Assembly: GCA_046349035.1 (NCBI GenBank)
Contig: JAXMDC010000002.1
Location: 237,093 to 301,092, forward strand
Length of the DNA stretch: 64,000 nucleotides
Source of the DNA: Bauldia sp.
GTDB taxonomy: Bacteria > Pseudomonadota > Alphaproteobacteria > Rhizobiales > Kaistiaceae
Direction of reading: 5' to 3'
The notes beneath the pieces were generated by a model that did not search any database, was not told the origin of the DNA, and worked only from the letters and a program-made list of their open reading frames with translations. The translations under genes were made by a program, and so were the position numbers. Shown here piece after piece: positions 46,106 to 54,827 of this stretch. Each line of letters opens with the position of its first letter. Position 1 is the stretch's first letter.

Positions 46106-46160
46106 CGCAATATAATAAGCGCGCTCATAATATGCAAGCTTCTAGTAAGCGCGCTTCCTT
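46106..46160. promoter_or_regulatory. AT-rich promoter of emrR with two copies of the palindrome TAAGCGCGCT (AGCGCGCT is self-complementary). Putative EmrR operator.
   Basis: The AATAAGCGCGCTCATAATATGCAAGCTTCTAGTAAGCGCGCTTCC sequence is seen directly. GC content is sharply lower than the surroundings. Confidence 0.4.
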
Positions 46161-46244
46161 TCCCGCCGTTCCGGGTCGCTTGGCGACTGCGGACGGCTGC
46201 TGCGCGATGCCGCGCCGGCCGCCCTTGTAGGCCGCCACAATGCT

Positions 46245-47273
46245 GTGATCCTTCGCCGAACCGTGGCGGAAAAACTGACAGTCGCGATCTGCACCCACAA
46301 TCGCGCGGCGATCCTCGATGAGACGCTGGCGGCGCTGGCTGCTGCCGAGCCGCCGCGAGCGGCGGCGCTCGAAGTGCTGATCGTCCTCAACGCCTGCAGC
46401 GACGACAGCCCGGCCGTGGTCGAGCGCTGGCGCGGCCGGCTGCCGATTGCGGTGGCCGAGGAACCGCGCCCCGGCGTGTCGCATGCCCGCAACGCCGCGA
46501 TTGACGCCGCGACCGGATCGCTGATCCTCTGGATCGACGATGACGCGACGCCGCTGCCGGGTTGGCTGCGCGCTTACGAAGCCGCCGCGGCGCGCTGGCC
46601 CGACACCGCCTTCTTCGGCGGCACCATTCGCCCGCGTTTTCTCGGCACGCCGCCGCGCTGGCTGCTGGAGGCGCTTCCGGCCATCGCCGCGGCCTTCGGC
46701 GACCACCCCGGCGGCGCCGACGGCGAAGCCGTGCGCCCGGGCGCAACGCCCTTCGCCGGCAACCTTGCCGTCCGCGTGGCGGTGCAGCGCCGCCGCCGCT
46801 TCGATACCGGCCTTGGCCGGGCCCCGGTCGGCTGGGTGCGCGGCGGCGAGGAGGCTGCATTCCTCGAAACCCTGCTTCTGGAAGGCGCGAACGGGCGCTG
46901 GGTGACGGGCGCCGAGGTCGAACATCGCATCGGTCCCGAGAAGCAGACGCGGCGCTTCGTGCGCGAGAGCTACTACGGCTATGGCCGCGACCGCGGCCTT
47001 GCCGCGCGGCGCCTGGCCGAGCGCAATGCCGCCCTGGCGCGCGGCGCCGCCGACCCGGCCATCGATTGGGCCGCCCCGCCGGAGGTTCTGGCGCGGGTCT
47101 ATCCCCGGCGGCGCGAGACCGGGCCGCTCGGCGATGCGCTGGGCCTAGCCTGGGTGGAACTGCGCACACTCTATTCCCGCTTCTTCCGTCCGCCGCGCTC
47201 CTGGGCCGCCCACCGCTCGCATGCCAGCGCCCTTGCCGGCTATTGGCGGAGCCGCTACGGCCGGTCGTCCTGA
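46245..47273 (+). CDS. Family-2 glycosyltransferase.
   Basis: LTVAICTHNRAAILDETLAAL...ALEVLIVLNACSDDSPAVV...WIDDDATPLPGWL is a GT2 (GT-A fold, DxD) N-terminal domain. Confidence 0.75.
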   Translation: MILRRTVAEKLTVAICTHNRAAILDETLAALAAAEPPRAAALEVLIVLNACSDDSPAVVERWRGRLPIAVAEEPRPGVSHARNAAIDAATGSLILWIDDDATPLPGWLRAYEAAAARWPDTAFFGGTIRPRFLGTPPRWLLEALPAIAAAFGDHPGGADGEAVRPGATPFAGNLAVRVAVQRRRRFDTGLGRAPVGWVRGGEEAAFLETLLLEGANGRWVTGAEVEHRIGPEKQTRRFVRESYYGYGRDRGLAARRLAERNAALARGAADPAIDWAAPPEVLARVYPRRRETGPLGDALGLAWVELRTLYSRFFRPPRSWAAHRSHASALAGYWRSRYGRSS

Positions 47274-47433
47274 GCCTTCCGCGGGAAAGTGGCCGGCGGC
47301 TCTGCCTTGCCAGCGCCTTTTTCGTCAGCCCGTTATCCACCGCCCCGCGTTGCACCGCCTGGCAGCAGGCCGCATACTTCCGGCCAGATGCCGCAGCAGC
47401 AGCTGCGCCAGCCTGATTCGTTTTGGAGGGACC

Positions 47434-48780
47434 ATGGCCGAGGACTGGGCCGCCGACGTGAAGAAATACGTGCCGCAGGCCGAGGACGCGGTCATTGCCG
47501 GCATCGTGCGCTATTGCGGCATTGCCTTGCAGAAGCGCGATTCCTCGCTGGTTTCCTACAGCGAGCCGGAGGAACTCGACCGCGTCCGCAACAATTTCCT
47601 GAAGAAGAAGCTGGGCCTGACCGCCTCCGACCAGGAACTGAACGACGCCATCGCCGCGGTCGGGCAGCGCATGGCCGGCGTCAACGCCCGTCACCGCGTG
47701 ACCGTCTACTATTTGCTGGCCGAGCGTTTCGGGAAACTCGCCATGTTCAGCAGCGGCGGCAAGTCCGGTGGCAAGTCCGCCGGGGCGAACGCGGCTGCCA
47801 AGGCGGCTCCCGCCTCGCCGCCGAGCCCGTCGCCGGCCGCGGCCGCTCCGCCGCCTCCGGCAAAGCCGGCCGAACCGGCCGCGCCCGCCGCTGTCGCCCC
47901 GGCGGCAAAGCCCGCAGCTCCGGCCATGGCCGCCCCAGTGTCGCCGTCGCCTGCAGCTGCATCGCCCGCCCCGCCGAAGCCGGCGCAGCCGGCCCCAGCC
48001 GCTCCGGCGGCTCCCGTCATGGCCGCCGCAGCCTCGCCGTCGCCCAGCATGGCATCGCCAGCGCCGCCCAAGCCGGCGCAGCCGGCCCCACCGGCGGCAA
48101 GCATGGCTCCGTCGTCGCCCGCCAAGCCGGCGGCGCCCGCCGCGCCAGCCGCCGCCATGGCCCATGAGCCGAAGCCTGCGGCGGCTGCCGCCCCTGCGGC
48201 AAAACCAACCCCGGCGGCGGCTGCCGCCCCTGAGGCAAAACCAACCCCGGCGGCTGCGGCCCCTGCCGCCCCTGCGGCAAAACCAACCCCGGCGGCGGCT
48301 GCCGCCCCTGCGGCAAAACCAACAATGACGCCGACGCCGATGGGCGGTATATCCGGCGGCGGCGCGCCGATGTCGGCCGCCCCGGCAAAGCCGGCCGCTC
48401 CGCCGCCTCCTGCGGCGTCCGCCATGCCGATGCATGGCGGCGCCTCGCATGGGGCGCCTGCGGCTGCTCCGGCCATGAACGGCAAGGCGCCGAACGGGGC
48501 GTCGGCCGGCAGCGGCCATGCAGCTTCGGGTCAGGGAGCAAGGCCGGCGGCGCCGATGCCGATGGCAGCAGCATCCGCCGCTGGTGCGGCGAAGACAGGT
48601 GGAGGGCACGGAATGGCGCAGGGGCACGGTCACGGCGGGGGCGCAACCGCCGACGCGGGCATGGTCATGGGCATGGAGGAGCGGAACCTCACCTATCGCC
48701 GCTTCCTCAACCTCTTCAAGGTCGGTGCCATCGGCTGCATCATCCTGCTGATCTTCCTGTTCTTCCACTTCAAGGGCTAG
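47434..48780 (+). CDS. Fusion protein: DUF2853 N-terminal domain, about 300 aa of Pro/Ala/Lys-rich tandem repeats, and a C-terminal single TM resembling aa3-type cytochrome oxidase subunit IV (COX4_pro_2).
   Basis: MAEDWAADVKKYVPQAEDAVIAGIVRYCGIALQKRDSSLVSYSEPEELDRVRNNFLKKKLGL is DUF2853. Repeats of AAAAPAAKPTP are encoded by about 4 copies of a 33-nt DNA unit at about 48180-48330. C-terminus: LTYRRFLNLFKVGAIGCIILLIFLFFHF. Confidence 0.65.
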   Translation: MAEDWAADVKKYVPQAEDAVIAGIVRYCGIALQKRDSSLVSYSEPEELDRVRNNFLKKKLGLTASDQELNDAIAAVGQRMAGVNARHRVTVYYLLAERFGKLAMFSSGGKSGGKSAGANAAAKAAPASPPSPSPAAAAPPPPAKPAEPAAPAAVAPAAKPAAPAMAAPVSPSPAAASPAPPKPAQPAPAAPAAPVMAAAASPSPSMASPAPPKPAQPAPPAASMAPSSPAKPAAPAAPAAAMAHEPKPAAAAAPAAKPTPAAAAAPEAKPTPAAAAPAAPAAKPTPAAAAAPAAKPTMTPTPMGGISGGGAPMSAAPAKPAAPPPPAASAMPMHGGASHGAPAAAPAMNGKAPNGASAGSGHAASGQGARPAAPMPMAAASAAGAAKTGGGHGMAQGHGHGGGATADAGMVMGMEERNLTYRRFLNLFKVGAIGCIILLIFLFFHFKG

Positions 48781-48912
48781 CCGCGCTCATCCCCGCGGAC
48801 TGACGGCCGCCGCGCCCCCGCGCGGCGGCTTTTGGCGCTTGCGGCGCCGGAGTGGGGCAGGGCAGCCGGCCGCCGTTGCGCCGCGTGGCTGACCCCGCCA
48901 CAATCGCGCCCG

Positions 48913-49530
48913 ATGCGTTCTCGCGCGCTTTGGGCGCTGGTCGCGGCGGCCAATGTCGCGATCTACCTCCTCATGGTGGCCTCGACCGGCCGCACCGAAT
49001 TCACCTCGCGCCAGGCGCTCGCCTGGGGCGCCGATTTCGGGCCGCTGACGGTCGGCGAGGGCGAGTGGTGGCGGCTGCTGACCGCGACCTATCTCCACGG
49101 CAGCTTCAGCCACCTTCTCGGCAACATGATCTGCCTGTGGGCCTGGGGCCGCTTCGTCGAGATGCGCCTCGGCGCGCCGCGCTTCCTCCTCGCCTACACC
49201 GCCTGCGGCCTCGTCGCGAGCTTCGCCAGCGTCTCGTTCAACCCCGACGTCGTCAGCCTCGGCGCCTCCGGGGCGATCCTCGGCATGCTCGGCGTGATGG
49301 GAGGCCTGCGCCTCAAGGGTGACGCCAGCGTGCCGGCCAATGTCGTCTTCATCAACGCCATCTACTCGATCCCACTCGCCGTGCTGTCGCCGCAAGTCGA
49401 CTGGGTCGCCCACGCCGCCGGCTTTGCCGCCGGCATCCTCGCCGGGATGGTGCTCGGCCGCGCCACGCCGACCTACGCCCCGCCGCCCGAGGAGGAGGAG
49501 CCCACGGCGCCGTCGGGGCCGTGGGGGTAG
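48913..49530 (+). CDS. Rhomboid-family intramembrane serine protease.
   Basis: EWWRLLTATYLHGSFSHLLGNM..., GASGAILGMLG (GxSG catalytic Ser), AHAAGFAAG (catalytic His helix). Confidence 0.75.
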   Translation: MRSRALWALVAAANVAIYLLMVASTGRTEFTSRQALAWGADFGPLTVGEGEWWRLLTATYLHGSFSHLLGNMICLWAWGRFVEMRLGAPRFLLAYTACGLVASFASVSFNPDVVSLGASGAILGMLGVMGGLRLKGDASVPANVVFINAIYSIPLAVLSPQVDWVAHAAGFAAGILAGMVLGRATPTYAPPPEEEEPTAPSGPWG

Positions 49531-49571
49531 GGGGGCCGGTTGCCCGGCGCCCCGAATCGCCTAACGTCGGC

Positions 49572-50732
49572 GCCATGCGCACCACACTTGCCGCGTCTCC
49601 CACCCGCCGCGCCGTCCTTGCCGGAGCCGCCGCTCTTGCGCTGGCGCCGCGCCTCGCCGCGGCCCAGGTGCCCGACGCCAGCGCCGCCTTCGCGCTGCTG
49701 CCGCGCACTGCCGCGGCGGGCCTGACCGGCCTCCCGTCTGCCGCGCCGAAGGGTGCCGCCGCCGCCGAGGCGGCGCGGGCGCAGATGGCCGCCTATGCCC
49801 TCCGCTCGGCGCGGCGCTGGATCGACCGCGCGCCGCAGCCGATGCCGGTCGTCCACACCGAGGGGACGCTGCCGCATCAGGGCATCTACGACCAGTCGGT
49901 CGAGGCCAAGAAGGACTGGCAGGCGACGCGCGATCTGGCGCTCGGCTCGCGGCTTGCCGGCGACGGCGCGATGGCCGGCAAGACCGTGGCGCTGATCAAG
50001 GCCTGGCTCGGCGTCTACAAACCGAGCTTCAACCCGATCGACGAGACCGATCTCGACCGCCTGATGACAGCCTTCGACCTCCTCGAAGGCTCCGCCCGCG
50101 CGCCGGTCGCCGCCGACTACGGCAAGTTCCTCGCCGCGCTCGCCTCCGGCTATCTCGACCGCATGCCGACGCTGAAAGGCGGCACCGCCACCAACAACTG
50201 GCAAAGCCACCGCGTGAAGCTGGCAACCCTCGCCGCCTATGGCGCCGGCGACAAGGCGCTGATCGAGCGCGCCCGCGCCGCCTATAAGAAGCAGCTCGCC
50301 GACAATTTGCGGGCGGACGGCAGCGTCCTCGATTTCGCCGAGCGCGACGCCCTCCACTACGTCACCTACGATCTGGAGCCGCTGCTGATGGCGGCCCTTG
50401 CCGCCAAGACGCATGGCGAGGACTGGTACGGCGAGAAGAACGCCGCCGGCGTCGGCCTCAAGGAGGCGCTGCTGTGGCTCGCCCCCTACGCCGAGGGAAA
50501 GAAGACGCACCAGGAATTCGTCCGCTCGACCGTCGCCTTCGACGCCGCCCGCGCCAAGGCGGGCCTGCCGGGCTTTGCCGGCCTCTGGAACAAGGAGGAA
50601 GGGGAGGAGGTCTTCACCCTCGCCGCCCGCCTCGACGCAGCGTTCGCCCCGCTCGCCGCCGCACTTACCCCCGGCTTCACCGGCGACAAGCGCCCCCGCT
50701 CGCCCTGGCTTCACCTCACGCTGCCGGTGTGA
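49572..50732 (+). CDS. Tat-secreted polysaccharide-lyase family protein (alginate lyase/heparinase II/III-like alpha-toroid domain).
   Basis: Tat signal SPTRRAVLAGAAALALA. ...NNWQSHRVKL..., ...RDALHYVTYDLEPL..., resembling the N/H/Y catalytic blocks of Alginate_lyase (PF05426)-type proteins. Confidence 0.5.
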   Translation, partial: AMRTTLAASPTRRAVLAGAAALALAPRLAAAQVPDASAAFALLPRTAAAGLTGLPSAAPKGAAAAEAARAQMAAYALRSARRWIDRAPQPMPVVHTEGTLPHQGIYDQSVEAKKDWQATRDLALGSRLAGDGAMAGKTVALIKAWLGVYKPSFNPIDETDLDRLMTAFDLLEGSARAPVAADYGKFLAALASGYLDRMPTLKGGTATNNWQSHRVKLATLAAYGAGDKALIERARAAYKKQLADNLRADGSVLDFAERDALHYVTYDLEPLLMAALAAKTHGEDWYGEKNAAGVGLKEALLWLAPYAEGKKTHQEFVRSTVAFDAARAKAGLPGFAGLWNKEEGEEVFTLAARLDAAFAPLAAALTPGFTGDKRPRSPWLHLTLPV

Positions 50733-50908
50733 GCCCGCCCGAGCCGAAGCCCCCCGCGGCCGAGGGCGAATGGCGGCGCCTTGAGCCTCGGAGCCCGAGG
50801 TCCCCGGTAGCGATTAGCAACGCCTATCGCGTCCATTGAGTTACGCCGGAGTGCTGCCGGCCCATGCTTGTTCCCCTCGAAGTGAGACCAAAATCGGGAG
50901 GGAGCATC

Positions 50909-51457
50909 ATGTCGATCGACAGAACGGCAGGCATCGTTGCGGGTGGGCTCGTCGCGCTCGCGATATCAGGCGCGGCGTTCGCGCAGCAGCAGGCACCGGC
51001 CCAAGGCGGCGCAGCCCCGCGTCCGCCGCAGGTATCGGGCCAGATCGGCACCGGCGCGCCCGAGGAGGTCTTTCTCAACATGAAGATGGCAGCCGACGGG
51101 GTGGTTAGCCTGTCGTCGAGCGCAATCAAGCTCGCCTGGGGCGGATACTACCGGTTCAACTTTGTCTGCCCGCCGGGCATGGCGGATGGAATGGGTGTCG
51201 TCATGTACGCCCCGGAATTGTGGGAGAACTCGCACATCCGGATCATCAGCGTCGCCGACACGACAAAGCCGATCGAAGACCCGCAGGCCAATTTCTATAT
51301 GCAGGGCCGGAACATATCGAAACTGGAGTGCGAGGGCCTGGACCTGACCCTGCGGGTTAGCTTCCATCCGATGCGCAAGGGCACTTACCCCTTCAGGGTC
51401 GTGAACGAGCGGACCAATCCGCCTAAGGAGGTCAAAGGCCAGTTCATAGTTGAGTGA
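50909..51457 (+). CDS. Secreted hypothetical protein.
   Basis: Start at MSIDRTAGIVAGGLVALAISGAAFAQQ (signal peptide; GGGAGG SD upstream). Cys-containing soluble domain. Lower GC than the surroundings. Confidence 0.5.
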   Translation: MSIDRTAGIVAGGLVALAISGAAFAQQQAPAQGGAAPRPPQVSGQIGTGAPEEVFLNMKMAADGVVSLSSSAIKLAWGGYYRFNFVCPPGMADGMGVVMYAPELWENSHIRIISVADTTKPIEDPQANFYMQGRNISKLECEGLDLTLRVSFHPMRKGTYPFRVVNERTNPPKEVKGQFIVE

Positions 51458-51515
51458 GTCCGTGGCATAGCGGCTTTCGGTTCGCCATCGGCAAAGAGGG
51501 CAATTCCACCGGATT

Positions 51516-51556
51516 GGCGGCCTGAGGCTCGAGGAACCGGCCGCCTCAGGCCGCCG
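51516..51556. other. Strong GC hairpin (12-bp perfect stem GGCGGCCTGAGG/CCTCAGGCCGCC) downstream of the 50909 gene. Terminator or REP-like element.
   Basis: Perfect inverted repeat seen directly. No U-tract. Confidence 0.35.
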
Positions 51557-51674
51557 CTGCCGTGACCGTCGGCGTTGCGGATTGAGACCAGCCGGGCGAA
51601 GATGCCTCGGCGTGAAACGGCGGCGGGGCGGGGGCCGCCGCCGCTGCCGGAACCGTTGGAGCGGGGAGGGACAA

Positions 51675-52058
51675 ATGCGCTTTCGCGGCGGCTTCCGGCA
51701 CCTCCTTCTGGCGCTTGCGGCCTTCGCGCCGGCGTTTGCCGATGCGCAAACCCTGACGCTGCCGACCAGCGGCTTCATCTCCGGGCGGGCGGCGGTCGAG
51801 AAGGACATCGCCGACGGCAATGCCATCTTCGCGGCGCGGGTCCGCGGCGTCTATGTCGGCGCGCCGCTGCCCATCGCCATCCCCCAATTCGCCTATCTGA
51901 CGCGCGACGGCGCCAAGACCCTCGTCGTCGTGGTCCAGGCCGAGGTGGCGAACGGGACGGTTCTCATCGGCGTCCGCGACACCCGTGGCAAGGACGCCGT
52001 CGCCACCGGCAATGAGATCGAACTCCTCGGCATCGACTCGCCGATCCCGATGAACTGA
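51675..52058 (+). CDS. Secreted hypothetical protein.
   Basis: Start at MRFRGGFRHLLLALAAFAPAFADA (signal peptide; GGAGCGGGGAGGG SD region), then a beta-rich soluble domain. Confidence 0.5.
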   Translation: MRFRGGFRHLLLALAAFAPAFADAQTLTLPTSGFISGRAAVEKDIADGNAIFAARVRGVYVGAPLPIAIPQFAYLTRDGAKTLVVVVQAEVANGTVLIGVRDTRGKDAVATGNEIELLGIDSPIPMN

Positions 52059-52091
52059 AGCGCCAGCGCCGGCCGCAGCCGCGCCGCCCTG

Positions 52092-53348
52092 TCAGCGCTC
52101 GAGGAAGCGGAGCTGCTGGTTGCTCAGCCGGTCGTCCGGGTCGATTGCCTGCGCCTTGCGGAAATCGGCGATCGCTTGTGGGCGCAGGCCGAGCGCCGCA
52201 TAGGAGAGGCCGCGATTGCCGTAAGCCTCGACATAGGTCGGATGGAACTCGATCGCCTGGGTGAAGTCGGCGATGGCGCGCTCGCTGTCGCGCTTGGCCA
52301 CATAGGCCTTGCCGCGGGAATTGAGGGCGTTGAAGTCCTTGGGGTTGATGGCAATCGCCCGGTCGTAGTCGGCGATCGCCTCGTCGATGCCGCCGAGCGC
52401 CTGAAGCGCGTTGCCGCGATTCCAATAGGCGACGCCGTTCTTTGGATTGATGGCGATCGAGAAATCGTAATCGGCGATCGCTTTGCGGTAGTTGCGCAGG
52501 CCTTCGTAAGCGGCGCCGCGACAGTTGTAGCCGATGAAGTTTCCGGGATCGCGCCTGATGACCTCGCTGCAGTCGGCAACGGCGCGGTCGTACTGGCGAT
52601 TGTTGCTATAGGCGACGCCGCGCGAGCTGTAGAGCCACAGGAGGTTGGGATCGAGCCGGATCGCCTCGCTGTAGTCGGCGATGGCCGCCTCCCATCCGCC
52701 CTTCTTGGTGATCAGCCGTTGACGGAAATGGGCGTGCCCCCGCTGGCCGAAGGCGAACGCGGAAGAGGGGTCGAGGGTCACCGCCGCGGTGAGGTCGGCG
52801 ATCGCCTTGTCGAACGCGCCCTTTTCCGTCCACGCCATGCCGCGCCGGGCATGGGCCAGTCCGTCCCTGGCATCGATCTCGATCGCCGCTGAATGATCGG
52901 CAAGTGCCGCGTCGTAGTCGCGAAGGCCGAAGTGAGCGATGCCGCGATGGTCGTAGGCCGGGCCGTGCCTGGGATCGATCGCGATCGCTTGGCTGCAGTC
53001 GGCGATAGCCGCCGCGTGGTCCTCCTTGCTTTCATACGCCTCGCAGCGTTGCGCCAAGGCAGCGGCGCTCGCCGGGTCGAGCCGAATCGCCTCGCTATAG
53101 TCGGCAATGGCGCGTTCGTAGTCCTTTCGGTTGAACCACCCCCGGCCGCGGTTCCTGAAGGCTTCGGCGCGCACGCTTGCCGTTTCGCTTGCGTCCTCGG
53201 CGATCCGTCCGCAGGCGGCGTTGGCGGCCTCCGGCTTCCCGGCGCTGGCGGCGCACTCGGCCCGGTCGGCCGGTGTCGCGGCCGCTGCCGGCGTCGCGAG
53301 CAGGACGCTGAGACCGAGAAGCAGGACGCTCGATCCGCGCGCCGGCAT
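52092..53348 (-). CDS. Periplasmic TPR-repeat protein.
   Basis: 418 aa. Signal peptide, then about 10 TPR units each containing AIADY/AIADF/AVADC. Confidence 0.8.
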   Translation of the reverse strand: MPARGSSVLLLGLSVLLATPAAAATPADRAECAASAGKPEAANAACGRIAEDASETASVRAEAFRNRGRGWFNRKDYERAIADYSEAIRLDPASAAALAQRCEAYESKEDHAAAIADCSQAIAIDPRHGPAYDHRGIAHFGLRDYDAALADHSAAIEIDARDGLAHARRGMAWTEKGAFDKAIADLTAAVTLDPSSAFAFGQRGHAHFRQRLITKKGGWEAAIADYSEAIRLDPNLLWLYSSRGVAYSNNRQYDRAVADCSEVIRRDPGNFIGYNCRGAAYEGLRNYRKAIADYDFSIAINPKNGVAYWNRGNALQALGGIDEAIADYDRAIAINPKDFNALNSRGKAYVAKRDSERAIADFTQAIEFHPTYVEAYGNRGLSYAALGLRPQAIADFRKAQAIDPDDRLSNQQLRFLER

Positions 53349-53360
53349 GGCGATCCAAGC

Positions 53361-53945
53361 CTATTTCGGCTCGACGCCGCCAGCCCGCCGCCGCGCGGCG
53401 AGGGGCTTCATCACCCGCAGGTGCAGCAGCGTCGCGCTGGTGGCGAGCAGCACGGCGATGCAGAGGAACCACTTCGACGCCGGCTCCATCGCCCCCTCGA
53501 TCTGCACCGCATGCACCACCGTCGCCACCACCACGATCATCGCCACGCCGTTGTGGACGAGCCGCCAGGCCGAGTAGTCGAGACCGAGCCGGCGTCGGAG
53601 GACGACCAGGATCGCCGTCAGCACGACGCCCCACATCGCCGTCACGCCGTAGACCGAAAACGGCGTCGGCGCGACGAGGAGCAGTGCATCGCGCACGTCC
53701 TCAGGGCTGGCCAGATAGAGGCCGGCGACATGCAGCGCCACGCAGGCGAGGATGGCGACGCCGATGCGGCGATGCCAGAGCCGCTGCTGCAGCGGGCTGA
53801 GGCCCGGCAGGTACCGCGACCCGAGCAGCGGCTGGATCAGCAGCAGCGCCAGGCACACGATCCCGGCGGTGCCGCCAGCGATATAGACCGCCTCGCGATA
53901 GCCGAGCAGAGGGCTCGCCGCGGCGATCGCGACGGGCACCAGCAT
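53361..53945 (-). CDS. Ferric-reductase-like transmembrane component (YedZ/MsrQ-type heme-binding TM domain) family protein. Start approximate.
   Basis: Multiple TM helices with conserved His in helices (RLWHRRIGVAILACVALHVAGLY..., ...LVHNGVAMIVVVATVVHAV). Co-directional with the upstream Tat-secreted protein. Confidence 0.5.
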   Translation of the reverse strand: MLVPVAIAAASPLLGYREAVYIAGGTAGIVCLALLLIQPLLGSRYLPGLSPLQQRLWHRRIGVAILACVALHVAGLYLASPEDVRDALLLVAPTPFSVYGVTAMWGVVLTAILVVLRRRLGLDYSAWRLVHNGVAMIVVVATVVHAVQIEGAMEPASKWFLCIAVLLATSATLLHLRVMKPLAARRRAGGVEPK

Positions 53946-54024
53946 GGTGGCCAGAAGGGCGGACCAGACGATCAGCGCGACGGCGCGTCCTTGCCCCGCC
54001 GCGCGGCCCGGCTCCGACAATGGC

Positions 54025-54522
54025 TCAGGCCGGGGCGAGCACGAAATCGACGCTGAGCGAGGTGTCGGTCGCCTTGCCGAGCAGCGGCCGCAGGAACACG
54101 GTCTTAAACGCCTTGTCGTCGTAGGCGAGGTGCGCGTGCGGCTGACCAAGGCTCGGCACGATCTGGGGCATTTCCAGCCGGAAGGTGCCATCGGCGGCGG
54201 TGAGCACGCTGCCGTGGTTGCGCGGGTCGGGTTCGCTGCCGACGGTGGTTGCCGCCCAGATCTGGATGCGCTGGCCCTTGAGCGGCGTGCCGTCGCCGGC
54301 TTTGAGCACCCGCCCGGAGACCACGAAGCCGGTTCCGAGGCGCTCGACCAGCGGCGCGCCGGGCCGGTAGTTGTTGGCGCCGCCCGGCATCGTCTCGGTC
54401 GGCGCGAAGGCGCCCGCCGCCAGCAGCGGCGAAATCGACATCAGCGGTCCGCCGACGAGGGCCGCGCCGGCCGAACCGGCGCCGAGGAGGAAGGAACGGC
54501 GGTCGTAGAAGCGAAGGCTCAT
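54025..54522 (-). CDS. Tat-secreted small periplasmic protein with an intradiol-dioxygenase-like/Ig-like beta-sandwich domain.
   Basis: Tat signal MSLRFYDRRSFLLGAGSAGAALVG. VSGRVLKAGDGTPLKGQRIQIWAATTVG...SVLTAADGTFRL resembles the dioxygenase/carboxypeptidase-regulatory fold. Confidence 0.45.
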   Translation of the reverse strand: MSLRFYDRRSFLLGAGSAGAALVGGPLMSISPLLAAGAFAPTETMPGGANNYRPGAPLVERLGTGFVVSGRVLKAGDGTPLKGQRIQIWAATTVGSEPDPRNHGSVLTAADGTFRLEMPQIVPSLGQPHAHLAYDDKAFKTVFLRPLLGKATDTSLSVDFVLAPA

Positions 54523-54827
54523 CGGGAGGTCTCCATTCTTCCAGCTGTTTCGTCTGGCAGCTGCTTCGTCTGGCTGCCGGTTCGTCCCGCCCTGCGGCTC
54601 GGCACCGTTTAACGAATGGGGGCCAAACCCGTTGACGGAATCCAGCCACAAACTCTCGCCGAGGTCCATCGAAAATGTCAGCGGCCCCGTCAACGCGCAA
54701 CGCTCACGACGGTTTCCCGCACCGCTGTCCGCCCGCCCTCCGGGCGCCCCGCCGCCCCCGCCGCTTCATCTGGCGTTCAGGTTGCGCGGTGTTACACTCG
54801 CTCAACCCAGCCGCTTGGGAGGGTCGC

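Noticed and set aside
46387-48768. 793-aa minus-strand ORF antisense to the GT2 and DUF2853 genes, plus the 258-aa ORF 47709..48485.
   Set aside because: Poly-Arg/Gly/Ala translations of the antisense strand of a Pro/Ala-repeat coding region. Classic GC-rich mirror ORFs.
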